Origin: Alkalispirochaeta sp.
GTDB lineage: Bacteria > Spirochaetota > Spirochaetia > DSM-27196 > Alkalispirochaetaceae
Direction of reading: 5' to 3'
NCBI GenBank assembly: GCA_965601925.1
Contig: OZ271854.1
Span: forward strand, 4,160,001 to 4,224,000
Length of the DNA: 64,000 nt
Part shown: positions 19,801 through 30,478 of the stretch, in pieces
How positions within the stretch are numbered: the first letter of the stretch is position 1
Layout of the letters: each line of letters begins with the position of its first letter
Position numbers and translations under genes: made by a program
The notes under the pieces: generated by a model
Databases searched by the model: none
What the model saw: the letters and a program-made list of their open reading frames with translations, nothing else
What the model was told of the DNA's origin: nothing

Positions 19801-20745
19801 CTACTCTCTGGTCGAACCGGGCTTTAGCAGCGACGCGTTAATCGCCGCCAATGTGTGGCCGTACTCGACGGCCTCCGTGAGCGGAGCGCCCCGAAAAAAA
19901 CGTGATGCTATGCCGGCCAACATCGCATCGCCGGAACCGATCGTGTTGACCGGCGACAGGGGAATCGTATCCACCCCCTCGATTCGTTCGCCGTCGTACG
20001 TAATCGACGGGGCGGAGCCCTGTGAGAGGACGGTCGTTATCCCGTCGCGATGGAGCCGCGCCAGAACCGCCGCAATACGTTCCCGCTCCTTCTCCATGTC
20101 GAGGAGCGACAATCCCTCCGATTCAAGCGCCGAGAAGCGCCGTTTCAGCTCCGGGGTAAACGTATCGCCGAACTCGCGTACATTGATCTTGACCAAATCG
20201 GGTTTTAGACGCACGGCCTCGCGCAACAGTGCGCCTTGAAAGTCTACTCCGATCTTCACGTCGCGCGCTCGCGCCGCTTCCATCATGCGGAGATAAAAGT
20301 CGTCGGGGTATCCCGGTGCCATCGATCCGCAGATGAGCAACACATCGCACTCGCCGATGCAGCGCTCAAAGGCCTCCCATACCGCCTCGACCGTAGCATC
20401 CGACACCGTGGCGGTCGGCTCTATGAACTCGGTAGTCGCGGGAGGCTCGCGCTCGGCGATGGTTACGCACGTTCGAATCTCGCCTTCGTCCTCGGGCGCG
20501 ACAACCTCTATAGAATCGCGCGCGCACTCGGCGAGCCAAAAGGCGCGCCAATCACCACCGGCATGAGAAAGGTGCACGGCCGTGTCGCCGATTTGCCCGA
20601 GAACGCGTGCTACGTTCGCGCCCTTACCCGCAACGTCTCTTCTGGACCGCTCACCCCGATTAACGCCGTTGGGGAGCATCGAGCCGATCTGAATGGTAAG
20701 CTGTATCGTGGGATTGAGCCCGACCGTCAAAAAGCGCGGTGTCAC
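19801..20745 (-). CDS. PfkB / 1-phosphofructokinase-family carbohydrate kinase
   Basis: LTVGLNP, AGKGANVA, KIN..E, NTIGSGDAMLAG; GTG start overlaps the upstream stop. Confidence 0.88.
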   Translation of the reverse strand: MTPRFLTVGLNPTIQLTIQIGSMLPNGVNRGERSRRDVAGKGANVARVLGQIGDTAVHLSHAGGDWRAFWLAECARDSIEVVAPEDEGEIRTCVTIAEREPPATTEFIEPTATVSDATVEAVWEAFERCIGECDVLLICGSMAPGYPDDFYLRMMEAARARDVKIGVDFQGALLREAVRLKPDLVKINVREFGDTFTPELKRRFSALESEGLSLLDMEKERERIAAVLARLHRDGITTVLSQGSAPSITYDGERIEGVDTIPLSPVNTIGSGDAMLAGIASRFFRGAPLTEAVEYGHTLAAINASLLKPGSTRE

Positions 20746-21938
20746 AACACCTCTTTCATCGCCGAGACGAGTTCGTCGTCCGAGAGCGGATACGGATGGT
20801 TCTTGAGTCCGCTTGCCGCTCCGATACGCGTCAGATCGTCCCCATTGAATCCGAAATCGGAGAGTCGCGCGAGACCCTCCGCGCGCTCGCGCAGCCACGT
20901 AATCAGGGCCTCGATATCTCGCTTCCCGGTCCCGTCGCCGAGCGCCCGGGCAACATCTCGATAACGCTCGATCGAGACGGCGGCATCTCCGTCGCCGGCG
21001 GCGCTCCGGGTCGCGAGGCGGTCGACCGTTGCCGCGGTAATCGGGGCTATCAGCAACCCGCACACTACGCCGTGCGGTATATCCCGTAGAGCTCCCATAG
21101 GCGAGGCGATACCGTGTACCGCCCCGAGCCCGGCGTTCGCCAAACAGACGCCGCTCAGGTACGCCGCCAACGCCATATCCCGACGTAGCGACACACCGTC
21201 GGCCCCGGCGATGAGTCGGGGAAGGGCGCGCCCTGCCAAATGCAGCCCTTGGAGCGCCAGAGCGTCGGTAACCGGATTGGCTTGAGTCGAGACGTACGCC
21301 TCCAAGAGTTGCGTTACCGCATCAAGGCCGCCGGCGGTCGTTATCTCGGGCGGCGTATCGAGGTGAAGCTCGGGATCGATCACCGCAACGCGGGGCACAA
21401 AGTTGTCGTGCCGCAACGACTTTTTGAACCCTTCCGGCCCGACCTCACTCAACACCGCATTCTTCGTAGCCTCGCTACCCGTCCCCGCCGTGCTGGGAAC
21501 GGCATACAACGGCAACGTGGAGCCGCGAGGGCTCCGGTCGCCGACACCTTCCAAAAAGGTACGCACCCCACCCGTCGTCTCCTCCGCGTTGAGGGAGAGC
21601 ATCGACGCGACCGCCTTCCCGGCGTCGATGACGCTTCCACCGCCGATCGCGACGACTCCGCGACATCCCGGTATGTCCGAGCGAACGCTCTCTACAACGG
21701 CATCCACAAGCGACGGCGACGGCTCACCGCGGACCGTTGCATCGATGAACTCGACGTTCGCCTCCAGGAGGCGCTCGACGATGAGACTCCACCGCTCGCG
21801 CCCTCGAATCGAACGGCCGCCGGTGATGACGACGACTTTATCGATCCCGTCGGCGACGAGCCGCGATGCAATGTCAAGGCTCGCCCCCTCGCCGACGGTC
21901 AAATGCGGCTGTCTGGCAATTGAAAACGGTCCGCTCAT
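20742..21938 (-). CDS. Iron-containing alcohol dehydrogenase
   Basis: GGGSVIDAGKA, PSTAGTGSE, GLGAVHG, PHG. Confidence 0.92.
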   Translation of the reverse strand: MSGPFSIARQPHLTVGEGASLDIASRLVADGIDKVVVITGGRSIRGRERWSLIVERLLEANVEFIDATVRGEPSPSLVDAVVESVRSDIPGCRGVVAIGGGSVIDAGKAVASMLSLNAEETTGGVRTFLEGVGDRSPRGSTLPLYAVPSTAGTGSEATKNAVLSEVGPEGFKKSLRHDNFVPRVAVIDPELHLDTPPEITTAGGLDAVTQLLEAYVSTQANPVTDALALQGLHLAGRALPRLIAGADGVSLRRDMALAAYLSGVCLANAGLGAVHGIASPMGALRDIPHGVVCGLLIAPITAATVDRLATRSAAGDGDAAVSIERYRDVARALGDGTGKRDIEALITWLRERAEGLARLSDFGFNGDDLTRIGAASGLKNHPYPLSDDELVSAMKEVL

Positions 21939-22267
21939 CGTCCGCCTTCCTTTTTCGGCGACCTCCGCGGTACGTGAATGCGCTGCGCCTCGGGATCGGC
22001 GGCGGGTCGATAGATGATTCCGATATTGCCGATTACGGCAACCAGAACGGCACCCAACGAGTCGCAGAGGTCGCTTGTTATCTCTCTTCGCCGTTCTTTA
22101 AAGTCGGAGAATCTTATTTTTATGAGTTCATGATGTTCAAGTTCGCGGTCGATGTGCGAACGCACATCCGGACCGGGGCCCGCCTTGCCGATCGTGGCGA
22201 CGGGCTTACGATGGTGCGCCTCTTTCAGGAGTGCGGAGCGCTGATATCCGGTAAGTCGCTGTTCCAT
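21935..22267 (-). CDS. yhbY: YhbY/CRM RNA-binding protein
   Basis: LTGYQR..L...AH..KP...IGK.G, HELIKI, IGNIGIIYR. Confidence 0.88.
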   Translation of the reverse strand: MEQRLTGYQRSALLKEAHHRKPVATIGKAGPGPDVRSHIDRELEHHELIKIRFSDFKERRREITSDLCDSLGAVLVAVIGNIGIIYRPAADPEAQRIHVPRRSPKKEGGR

Positions 22268-22382
22268 TATCGGCATGGTACAATGGCGACCGAGAACGTG
22301 CATAGCTATGGCGGGCGATCGGCCGACTAAGTCTCGATTCGCTTTTGCGCCGGCCCTTCGCTCTATGCTACAATGCGACACA

Positions 22383-24284
22383 ATGAATACACTTCCTCTT
22401 CTTTTTGAACATATTGCAACGGCATACCCGGATCATACCGCACAGCTGTTTAAGGATCGCGACGGGGTATTTCAGCGCCGTCGATGGCAAGAGCTCTTTG
22501 TCGATGTGGCGACCTTTGCCGCGGGGCTGTACGACCTTGGAGTTCGTCGGGGAGATCGTGTCGGGCTCATCTCCGAAAATCGCGCCGAGTGGTTCGTATC
22601 CGATCTGGCCATTATGACCCTCGGCGCCGCCGATGTACCGCGCGGCAACGATGCGACGCCGCCAGAACTGGCCTTTATTCTCGGCTTCAGCGAGGTCCGC
22701 GTCACCGTCGTCGAGACGAACGCTCAGTTGGAGAAAATCGCCGCCGTACGGTCCGACATACCGACGCTCGAAACCGTCATTCTACTTTCCGACGACCAGG
22801 TGGAGGGGGCGCCGCCTACTCCTGCCGGGATCGAGCTGTTGACCTATCGAGACGTTATGGAGCGTGGACGCACAGCGCGGGGACGCGAGCCGGAACGTGT
22901 AGACCTCGAGCGGAAGGCGGGTGGCGAACACGACGTCGCCACGATTATATTCACCTCCGGCACTACCGGTGAGCCGAAAGGTGTCATGTTGACCCATCGC
23001 AACCTCCTCCACCAGGTAGAGAACGTTCCGAAGCTTATCAATGTGGGCCCCGAGGACATCTGGTTGTGCGTTCTGCCGGTCTGGCACAGTTTTGAGCGCA
23101 TCATGCAGTACGTATCGATGGGACGCGGCTCCGCGCTCGCCTACTCCAAACCGATCGGGAAAATCATGCTCGAAGACTTCCAGAAGGTGCGACCGACGTG
23201 GATGGCGAGCGTTCCCCGCATTTGGGAGGCGATCCGCGCCGGCATCTATCGCCAGGTGAACAAGCAAAGTCCGGTTCGACGCGGACTCTTTCACTTTTTC
23301 GTCGCCGTCGGCGGCAATTGGGCTTACGCGCGGGATATGTTTTTGGGCCGTCTACCGCGTTTCAAGAAACGGATACGCGCCCTGGATGCGCTCGTCGCGG
23401 CCCTCCCCCTCGCGCTTCTTACACCTCTTAAGCTTCTCGGAGACGTCCTCGTATTCGGCAAGATCAAAGCAAAACTGGGTGGCCGTTTTCAGGCCGGAAT
23501 CTCCGGCGGCGGCGCGCTTCCGCAAGCGGTCGATCGCTTCTTCTCCGCGGCGGGAATTCTCCTCTTGGAGGGCTACGGCCTCACGGAGACCGCGCCGGTG
23601 CTCGGCGTCCGAGCCCAGAATCGGCCGGTTGCGGGCACGGTGGGTCCGGTCTTCCCCGGTACCGAAATACGCATCATAGGCGAGGACGGCGACGTCCTTC
23701 CCCCCGGCCGCCAGGGGGTGGTACACGCCAAGGGCCCCCAAGTCATGGCCGGATACTATAAACACCCGGATCTCACCTCGGCGATCCTATCCGACGACGG
23801 CTGGCTGGACACCGGCGATCTGGGAATGCTCACCTGGGACAATGAACTCAAGATAACCGGACGCGCTAAAGACACGATTGTGCTGTTGGGCGGAGAGAAC
23901 GTCGAGCCGGCACCGATCGAAGAGCGCTTGCGCGAATCGGAATACATCGCGCAGGCGGTTGCGGTCGGACAGGATCAGAAATTTCTTGCGGTCCTGCTCG
24001 TACCCGATTTCGATGCCTTGGAGCAGTGGGCCGATGGCGAGCAAATCACCGTAGCGGGACGCGAAGACTTGCTGGAGGACTCGCGCGTACAGAGTCTCTA
24101 TACCCAAGAGATCGCGCGGCTCGTTAACAGCCAATCCGGTTTCAAAACATTCGAGCAGGTGTTCCGATTTCGCCTCCTCTCCGATGATTTCCGCGTCGGC
24201 GAAGAGCTCTCCGCAAAGCAAGAGATCAAGCGTCACGTCATCGTGGAGCGGTACCACGGAGAGATATCCGGACTGTTTTCGTGA
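22383..24284 (+). CDS. Long-chain fatty acid--CoA ligase
   Basis: FTSGTTGEPKG, EGYGLTET, TGDLG, GRAKD..V..GGENVEP. Confidence 0.92.
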   Translation: MNTLPLLFEHIATAYPDHTAQLFKDRDGVFQRRRWQELFVDVATFAAGLYDLGVRRGDRVGLISENRAEWFVSDLAIMTLGAADVPRGNDATPPELAFILGFSEVRVTVVETNAQLEKIAAVRSDIPTLETVILLSDDQVEGAPPTPAGIELLTYRDVMERGRTARGREPERVDLERKAGGEHDVATIIFTSGTTGEPKGVMLTHRNLLHQVENVPKLINVGPEDIWLCVLPVWHSFERIMQYVSMGRGSALAYSKPIGKIMLEDFQKVRPTWMASVPRIWEAIRAGIYRQVNKQSPVRRGLFHFFVAVGGNWAYARDMFLGRLPRFKKRIRALDALVAALPLALLTPLKLLGDVLVFGKIKAKLGGRFQAGISGGGALPQAVDRFFSAAGILLLEGYGLTETAPVLGVRAQNRPVAGTVGPVFPGTEIRIIGEDGDVLPPGRQGVVHAKGPQVMAGYYKHPDLTSAILSDDGWLDTGDLGMLTWDNELKITGRAKDTIVLLGGENVEPAPIEERLRESEYIAQAVAVGQDQKFLAVLLVPDFDALEQWADGEQITVAGREDLLEDSRVQSLYTQEIARLVNSQSGFKTFEQVFRFRLLSDDFRVGEELSAKQEIKRHVIVERYHGEISGLFS

Positions 24285-24361
24285 TATGTGTAACTCCCCG
24301 CCGGCCGGCAGACCTAAGCGCCGGCGGGCGAGCCGACTCATCGCCGCCTCAGGCGTACGGC

Positions 24362-26017
24362 CTACGATGCCGCGGCCAGCAATCCGTTGAGCGTGGAGAG
24401 CAAATCGACCATCGCACGCGTATCCACCGAGCAGTACGTTGCGATGTCGTCCGCCGAAACGACGGTCGCTGCGCCGTTCTTACCGAACCGTTCGATAACG
24501 TTGCTCGCCCCTTCGGCCGCGGCGGCTCCCATCTTCTCGACATAGCGCCATGACGCTTCATCAACGTCGTTCGGCGGCCTCTCGCCCGGGTCGCCTGCCA
24601 ACGCGCCGTCCGCAAGGCGCGTATATGCGAGGTTGGCGTGCATACCGTCGCGCAGGGGACTATCGCCGTAGTCGGAGTCGGTAAAGGCGGGGAGCACGCG
24701 TTTGAGCGACACCTTTCCCAACTGATCCGGATGGTACACGGCAAAGTCGGCAAAGGGCGAGAGCAAATCGACCATCCGCACGACGAGGGCTTTTCCGGCA
24801 TCCTCGTCTCCGGCGAGTGCGGCGAGTTGCCTGATCATAGCCGACTCGAATGGCTTACTGAATACGACGATGCTCCCCGCCTCGCCCAACCGGTCACGGA
24901 GCCATCGAAAGAGGCTCAGCCGCCCGTCGACCCCCGGCCGGGAGACGATCCATTCGTGGTCGGACGCCTCATCGATGCGGTCCTGACGATGCAACGACGC
25001 GATCACCGGCGTGTGCTCGTACGGAGAAAGCTTCTCGAACGGCGGAATTGAGGGCGCGTACGCTTCGAAATCGAGATAGAAAATCGGCTCGCGGATCGTG
25101 CCCAAAAAGGCGGCCAGTCGAGTCGAGTCGACGTGGGGCACGCCGGTACGAACCGTTTCGATTTGAATGCGTTGTTTGGCGCTCAGCTTGTGCACCGAAC
25201 CGTCCACATCAAGCAGATCGCGCACACCCGCGTCGTACAACTCTCGCCCGAGACGTCCCCCTTTGTGGAGGGTGAGGACGCTCAAACGCCCGTCATCGAG
25301 TTTCTCCTTCGGTACACAGAGGCTGCATCCGGAGTTGCACACGTACGCGTCGTCGACCGTGCCGGTCTCTATCGCGCGCCGCAACCCCTCGAGGCTCTCG
25401 GCGATGTGGCCGGTGCGCCGCGACGAGCGACGCAAGACGCTACTCTCGCGAAAGAGATCCCGCCATTCGACCTCGGCATCACGGAGGCACTTCTTGTCGA
25501 GGTACATGAGATGGATCTCCGCCAAAGGAAGCGCCAGACGCTCGAAGACGTACGCCACCGCTGCGGTCTCCGTCGCATATACCCCGCGCAACCCCGTCGC
25601 AGGACGAAACAACGTCACCGTCCAGCCGCCGAGTCGCCGGTGCCACGTCATACAATCGACGAGGACTGCAAGCTCGCCGGCAATGAGGAGACCGTGCCGG
25701 ACCGGAGTTTCCGTGCCGACCGATTCCATCGTCGCCTCGTGCCATAGGCGGCAGCGCGCCTCGTCGAGTACGAGGTGAGGGAGGAGCGCGGTCGGCGGTG
25801 CACCGATATCGCCGAGACCGTCGAAAGCCGCGTTGCGAGCATGAGGCACCCACGTACGTGCGCCGATCTCGATCACGCGCGCCGTCTCGCGAAGATTGGC
25901 CTCCCCGGTCATCTCCGTCGGTAGCACGGGCGCGCGCGTTCCGGACGGGAGCGCATCGTGCATCCACTGCCGACGGCACCGGTTCCATAAAATGAGGTCG
26001 TTCGAAGAAAAAAGCAT
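24362..26017 (-). CDS. DUF2779 domain protein (degenerate RecB/Cas4-like N-terminus, RNase H-like C-terminus)
   Basis: YLDFE....IPPF....PY...P...SLH, FE...I..LA, SLK.VLP, YC..DT.AM. Confidence 0.75.
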   Translation of the reverse strand: MLFSSNDLILWNRCRRQWMHDALPSGTRAPVLPTEMTGEANLRETARVIEIGARTWVPHARNAAFDGLGDIGAPPTALLPHLVLDEARCRLWHEATMESVGTETPVRHGLLIAGELAVLVDCMTWHRRLGGWTVTLFRPATGLRGVYATETAAVAYVFERLALPLAEIHLMYLDKKCLRDAEVEWRDLFRESSVLRRSSRRTGHIAESLEGLRRAIETGTVDDAYVCNSGCSLCVPKEKLDDGRLSVLTLHKGGRLGRELYDAGVRDLLDVDGSVHKLSAKQRIQIETVRTGVPHVDSTRLAAFLGTIREPIFYLDFEAYAPSIPPFEKLSPYEHTPVIASLHRQDRIDEASDHEWIVSRPGVDGRLSLFRWLRDRLGEAGSIVVFSKPFESAMIRQLAALAGDEDAGKALVVRMVDLLSPFADFAVYHPDQLGKVSLKRVLPAFTDSDYGDSPLRDGMHANLAYTRLADGALAGDPGERPPNDVDEASWRYVEKMGAAAAEGASNVIERFGKNGAATVVSADDIATYCSVDTRAMVDLLSTLNGLLAAAS

Positions 26018-27246
26018 TATGAAGCGGCGTTCAAACAGAGCTCGTAGGTGTCGATCGCGATCTGCAACTCCTCGTTCGTCGGTTCCACAATGATCGTGGT
26101 GGGAGAATACTCGGCGGAGATGATTCCCTCCCTCGGTCCGTTCTCTAGATTTTTGCGATAGTCCATGACGATCCCGAGGTTTTCAAGGCGGCGGCAAATA
26201 CGCTCCCGCATCCGCGTTCCGTACTGACCGATACCGCCGGTGAAAACGAGAATATCGACCTTTACGATATTCGCCGCGTAGGCGCCGATGAACTTCCGCA
26301 CGCGATAGGCGTACACGTCGAGCGCTTCGATGGCGTTTCGGTCTCCCAACTCGGCAGCCTCTTCCAAGTCTCGCAGATCATTCGATTTCCGCGACAATCC
26401 CAAGAGGCCGCTCTCCTTGTTGAGCATACGATTGAGTTCCTCGGCGGAGTATCCCCGTTCCATGAGATAAAAGAGAATCGAGGGATCCAAGTCGCCGCTG
26501 CGCGTCCCCATCATGAGCCCCTCAAGGGGGGTGAAACCCATGGACGTATCGACCGAGCGACCGTTTCCGATCGCGGTAATCGACGCACCGTTTCCCAAGT
26601 GACAGGAGATCACGTTGGTGTTGTCGATCGATCGCTTGGCGAAGGCGACGGCCTGGTTTGCCACGTAGCGGTGCGAGGTTCCGTGAAACCCGTAGCGCCT
26701 GATGCGGTACTTCTCATAGAGTTCTCGCGGCAGTCCGTAGAGGTATGCGGCCGGTTTCAAGGTCTGGTGAAACGCGGTATCGAAGACCGCTACTTGTTTG
26801 CAGTGGGGGAACGATTCCATCGCCTCGGTGATACCGGTCAAGTTGGCCGGATTATGGAGGGGGGCGAGCTCGATGTTTTCGTCGATCGCCTTAATTACCT
26901 CATCGTCGATCACAACCGACTCGGCGTACTTTTCGCCGCCGTGCACGACACGATGTCCGACGCCCCATATCTCTTCGAGCCGGTCGAGCACACCGTTCTG
27001 CTCATCGGTAAGCGCTGAAGTCATCATCGCGATCGCGGCTTTGTGATCTTCGACGGTAGAATCGATTTTCAGTAATCCGTTCCACCCGGATTGCTTCAAA
27101 TGGCTCTGCTTTTGCCCAATTCGTTCGATGACGCCCTTACCGACACTCTCCCTGCTCGGCATATCGTACACTTCGTACTTGAGAGAGGAGCTTCCGCTGT
27201 TGATAACGAGAATCTTCTTCCCGTCGTTCAGTGTTCGTCTCGGCAT
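26017..27246 (-). CDS. ackA: Acetate kinase
   Basis: INSGSSSLK, GHRVVHGG, APLHN, FDTAFH, GFHGTSH, HLGNGAS, TNEE. Confidence 0.96.
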   Translation of the reverse strand: MPRRTLNDGKKILVINSGSSSLKYEVYDMPSRESVGKGVIERIGQKQSHLKQSGWNGLLKIDSTVEDHKAAIAMMTSALTDEQNGVLDRLEEIWGVGHRVVHGGEKYAESVVIDDEVIKAIDENIELAPLHNPANLTGITEAMESFPHCKQVAVFDTAFHQTLKPAAYLYGLPRELYEKYRIRRYGFHGTSHRYVANQAVAFAKRSIDNTNVISCHLGNGASITAIGNGRSVDTSMGFTPLEGLMMGTRSGDLDPSILFYLMERGYSAEELNRMLNKESGLLGLSRKSNDLRDLEEAAELGDRNAIEALDVYAYRVRKFIGAYAANIVKVDILVFTGGIGQYGTRMRERICRRLENLGIVMDYRKNLENGPREGIISAEYSPTTIIVEPTNEELQIAIDTYELCLNAAS

Positions 27247-27260
27247 CGCGGTACCTCCGT

Positions 27261-28103
27261 TCAGCGCTCCGGGGATTCCGTCTCGGTCGCCGGCGGGTGC
27301 ACCGCTGCAGCTACCGCGCTCATACCCAAGTTATACAACGCATCGCGATCCGTCGGAACGAGTCTACGCACCTCGAGAAAGTCCTCCAAGGCCGCCTCAT
27401 AGCGGCCGAGGCGGTAGCGCGCATTTCCGCGGTTGAACAGCGCTCGATCGAAGGAGGGATTGCGGGCGAGCGCTTCGGTGTAGGCGGCCTCGGCATCTTC
27501 ATACGCTCCCCCGTCGTAGAGAACATTGCCTATGTGAAAGTGCGGTATCTCCCACCCGATATCCGCCTCGGCGGCAGCCTCCAGCGTCGCGCGGGCGGCG
27601 TCGATGTCTCCGAGGCGCACAAGAGTCAGTCCGAGGTTGTTTAACACGTCGCGATCGGCGTTCGCCCGTTCGCGAGCGCCCTCGAAGTTATCACGCGCCG
27701 CCTCATAACGCGAGAGCTGATAGAGGGCGTTACCGCGGTTGTAAAAGAGCTGTGCGTCGTCCATTCCGAGCCCTTCGGCGGCGTCAAAGAGTGCGATCGA
27801 CTCTTCGTAGCGCGCCAAATCCAGTAGTATCGCTCCGCGATTGTAGGCGATGTGCGGATCGTCGCCGGCCATTTCGGCCATCGCTTCGTAAAACACGAGG
27901 GCGTCCTCTACGCGTCCCTCGTCTCGTGATCGACGCGCCGCCTCCTGGAGAGCATCGAAGCGCGCCTGCCCCTCTTCCGGAATACCATCGAAGAGACCCG
28001 CCGAGCTTCCGGTCGATGCGTCCTGAGCGCCGAGCAACGCAACCTGTGCACCGAGCATAAGAACCATCAACGCCACATATCGCGCAGTCGTGTGTGCTGC
28101 CAT
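27261..28103 (-). CDS. Exported tetratricopeptide-repeat protein
   Basis: Signal peptide and repeated YNRG/NNLG TPR units. Confidence 0.85.
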   Translation of the reverse strand: MAAHTTARYVALMVLMLGAQVALLGAQDASTGSSAGLFDGIPEEGQARFDALQEAARRSRDEGRVEDALVFYEAMAEMAGDDPHIAYNRGAILLDLARYEESIALFDAAEGLGMDDAQLFYNRGNALYQLSRYEAARDNFEGARERANADRDVLNNLGLTLVRLGDIDAARATLEAAAEADIGWEIPHFHIGNVLYDGGAYEDAEAAYTEALARNPSFDRALFNRGNARYRLGRYEAALEDFLEVRRLVPTDRDALYNLGMSAVAAAVHPPATETESPER

Positions 28104-28154
28104 GTGTGTCAGTGTAGCGAATCGGATCGCAAGTATCCACAACCCGCCGGTGCA

Positions 28155-28961
28155 CTACGCGAGGCGCACGGCGAACGAATCGGAGATGTATTGCAGCGAG
28201 AACGCCAACAGGCCCGCGGCGATTCCGGGAAAGAGGGAGAGATACGGCGCCTGGACCAGGTACCGTCTGGCGTCGTTGAGCATGAGACCCCAGCTGGCCT
28301 CCGGCGGTTGCGTACCGAGCCCCAGAAATGAAAGGGCCGCCTCGGTGCCCACCGCGAGGGCCGCGAGACTTGCGAGTTGGATAAGCACCTGGGGCAGGAC
28401 GCTCGGCAGAAGATGGAACACCGCTCTCGCCGGAGCGGTGGTGCCGAGCATTCGCGAGACGAGGTAGTAGTCACGGAGAACCGTTCGGCGCGTCTCCAGG
28501 CGGGCGACGCGATAGACGACCGGAGAAAAGACGATACCCAGCGTCCACGTCACTTGATCGCGGCCGGGACCGAGCACCAAACCGACGGTAACCGCCAAAA
28601 GCACCGTCGGAAATGCCAGGACGCTATCGGTAGCGATGCGGAGCACCCGGTCCACCCACCTTCGCTGCGCTATTCCCGAGGCCAACCCCAACGTTGTGCC
28701 GATGATTCCGGCGACGAGTGCCGATCCCAGGGCCACGATGTAGGAGCTGCGTCCGCCGTGCAATAGGCGACTTAACACGTCTCGACCCAGATGATCGGTT
28801 CCCAACGGATGGTCGGGCGTTCCCGGGACGAGTAACGCCTCGTCGATACGTTGCAGAAGCGGGTCGCCGGAGATCATCTCTGCGGCGGCGCACATGACCG
28901 CCCCACCGATCAACACTGCAGTCGCGGTAAACAACGCCCAACGGCGGTGTCGCGACGCCAC
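28155..28961 (-). CDS. Peptide/nickel ABC transporter permease (DppC-like)
   Basis: HPLGTD.LGRD, EAALSFLGLG.QPP..SWG. Confidence 0.9.
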   Translation of the reverse strand: MASRHRRWALFTATAVLIGGAVMCAAAEMISGDPLLQRIDEALLVPGTPDHPLGTDHLGRDVLSRLLHGGRSSYIVALGSALVAGIIGTTLGLASGIAQRRWVDRVLRIATDSVLAFPTVLLAVTVGLVLGPGRDQVTWTLGIVFSPVVYRVARLETRRTVLRDYYLVSRMLGTTAPARAVFHLLPSVLPQVLIQLASLAALAVGTEAALSFLGLGTQPPEASWGLMLNDARRYLVQAPYLSLFPGIAAGLLAFSLQYISDSFAVRLA

Positions 28962-30478
28962 TATCGTTCGAAGTGGACGTCGCGAAGGTCGAATGTGTCG
29001 AGCTGGCTGTCCATGTGAAAATCGCGTATCGACGCATCGAGGCCGACGTAACGGTAGGGGCTACCGACGAAGATGAACGGGAGCTGTCGCGCCATCCGCT
29101 CCAGGGCGATATCGTAAAACTCGCGCCGCCGGCCGGGGTCGCCCGTACGCCGAGCCGACTCAATCGCCTCCGCGGTCGTCGGATCCTCCCAGCCTACGTA
29201 GGTCTCCGAGGTACCGTAGCGCGCTAAACGTCCGTGGGGATCGAGCGTACCGGTATGGCCTATCACGGTCAGATCGAACTGCGCTTCTCGATACACGTCC
29301 CCTATCCACGTGGACCACTCCACCAACTGGATACGCACCGGAAACCCGGCTTGACGCAACATTTCGTGATACATCTCCCCGGCTCGCACGTGGGGCTCGA
29401 AGTTCCGCGGGAGCGTGATGACCCACTCGCGATCGACATCAAGCTCTTCGGCGACGCGAGCGGCGGCTGCAGGATCGTAATGATATATATCGGTGAAATC
29501 GCGATAATACGGATTACCGACATCCATGAACGTCGCCACCTCAACGCCACCCGCGTATGCGGTATCCATCACCGCTTGCTTGTCGATCGCCGCATTGATC
29601 GCCTGCCGGACACGAAGCTCGTCGAACGGCGGGCGACGCGTGTTGATTGCAAGCACCATGACCAATGCGGAGGTTCCTTCGTACACTTGAACGCCGGCCG
29701 CGTTACGTAACATCGACAACTCGGGCTCGACGATGATATCGGCGACATCGATTTGGTCCGCTATCAGAGCTTGGGCCATTACCGACTGCTCGGTCACGAC
29801 GCGAAATCTCACGCCGTCGATAAGCGGTTTGCCACTCATCCAGTAGGAAGGATTGCGCTCTAAAACGATCTCGCCGTCGCGAATCCACTCGACGAAGCGG
29901 AACGGACCGGTACCCACCGGTTGCGCCCCGAAATCGTGCCCAGCCTCGATGAGGTCCGCCGGGAGAATCGCCGACCACCCCGACGCGAGAGTGGCCAATA
30001 GCGGAGCGTGGGGCTCGGACAGCTCGATAACGACGGTCCGGTCGTCGGTCGCACGTACCGACGAGATCTCCTCGTACGCGAAGGCGCTGGGGGCGGCAAA
30101 CGTCTCGTCCCGCAACCGCCCGAGAGAGGCCACGACATCGACGGCGGAGAGGCTGCTTCCGTGGTGAAACGTCACGCCGGCACGAAGACGAAACTCCCAC
30201 ACCAAGCCGTCGTCGCGAGACTCCCACGATTCGGCCAGCGCCGGCACGAGCTCACCGGCCCTGTTCGGCTCGATCAGCGTATCGTACACACTCCTCATAG
30301 TTTGAAACGTGAGCGTTCCGGTCGTTGCGTGGGGATCCAGCGTGTCGGGACTCCCGGAGAGGCCGAACACGAGGATCGCCTCCTCCTCCGGATCCTCGCC
30401 GCGTCCCGAGGCGGCCAGCGGTGACGCGGCAATGACAACCAATAGTATCGCGAACCAAGCGCGTATTATCTGACGCAT
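28961..30478 (-). CDS. Peptide/nickel ABC transporter substrate-binding protein (family 5)
   Basis: TLDPH, PALAESW, PVGTGPF, VRQAI..AID. Confidence 0.9.
   Translation of the reverse strand: MRQIIRAWFAILLVVIAASPLAASGRGEDPEEEAILVFGLSGSPDTLDPHATTGTLTFQTMRSVYDTLIEPNRAGELVPALAESWESRDDGLVWEFRLRAGVTFHHGSSLSAVDVVASLGRLRDETFAAPSAFAYEEISSVRATDDRTVVIELSEPHAPLLATLASGWSAILPADLIEAGHDFGAQPVGTGPFRFVEWIRDGEIVLERNPSYWMSGKPLIDGVRFRVVTEQSVMAQALIADQIDVADIIVEPELSMLRNAAGVQVYEGTSALVMVLAINTRRPPFDELRVRQAINAAIDKQAVMDTAYAGGVEVATFMDVGNPYYRDFTDIYHYDPAAAARVAEELDVDREWVITLPRNFEPHVRAGEMYHEMLRQAGFPVRIQLVEWSTWIGDVYREAQFDLTVIGHTGTLDPHGRLARYGTSETYVGWEDPTTAEAIESARRTGDPGRRREFYDIALERMARQLPFIFVGSPYRYVGLDASIRDFHMDSQLDTFDLRDVHFER

Noticed and set aside
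24362..26017. CRISPR-Cas locus suggested by the Cas4-like domain
   Set aside because: No repeats/spacers or other cas genes seen.
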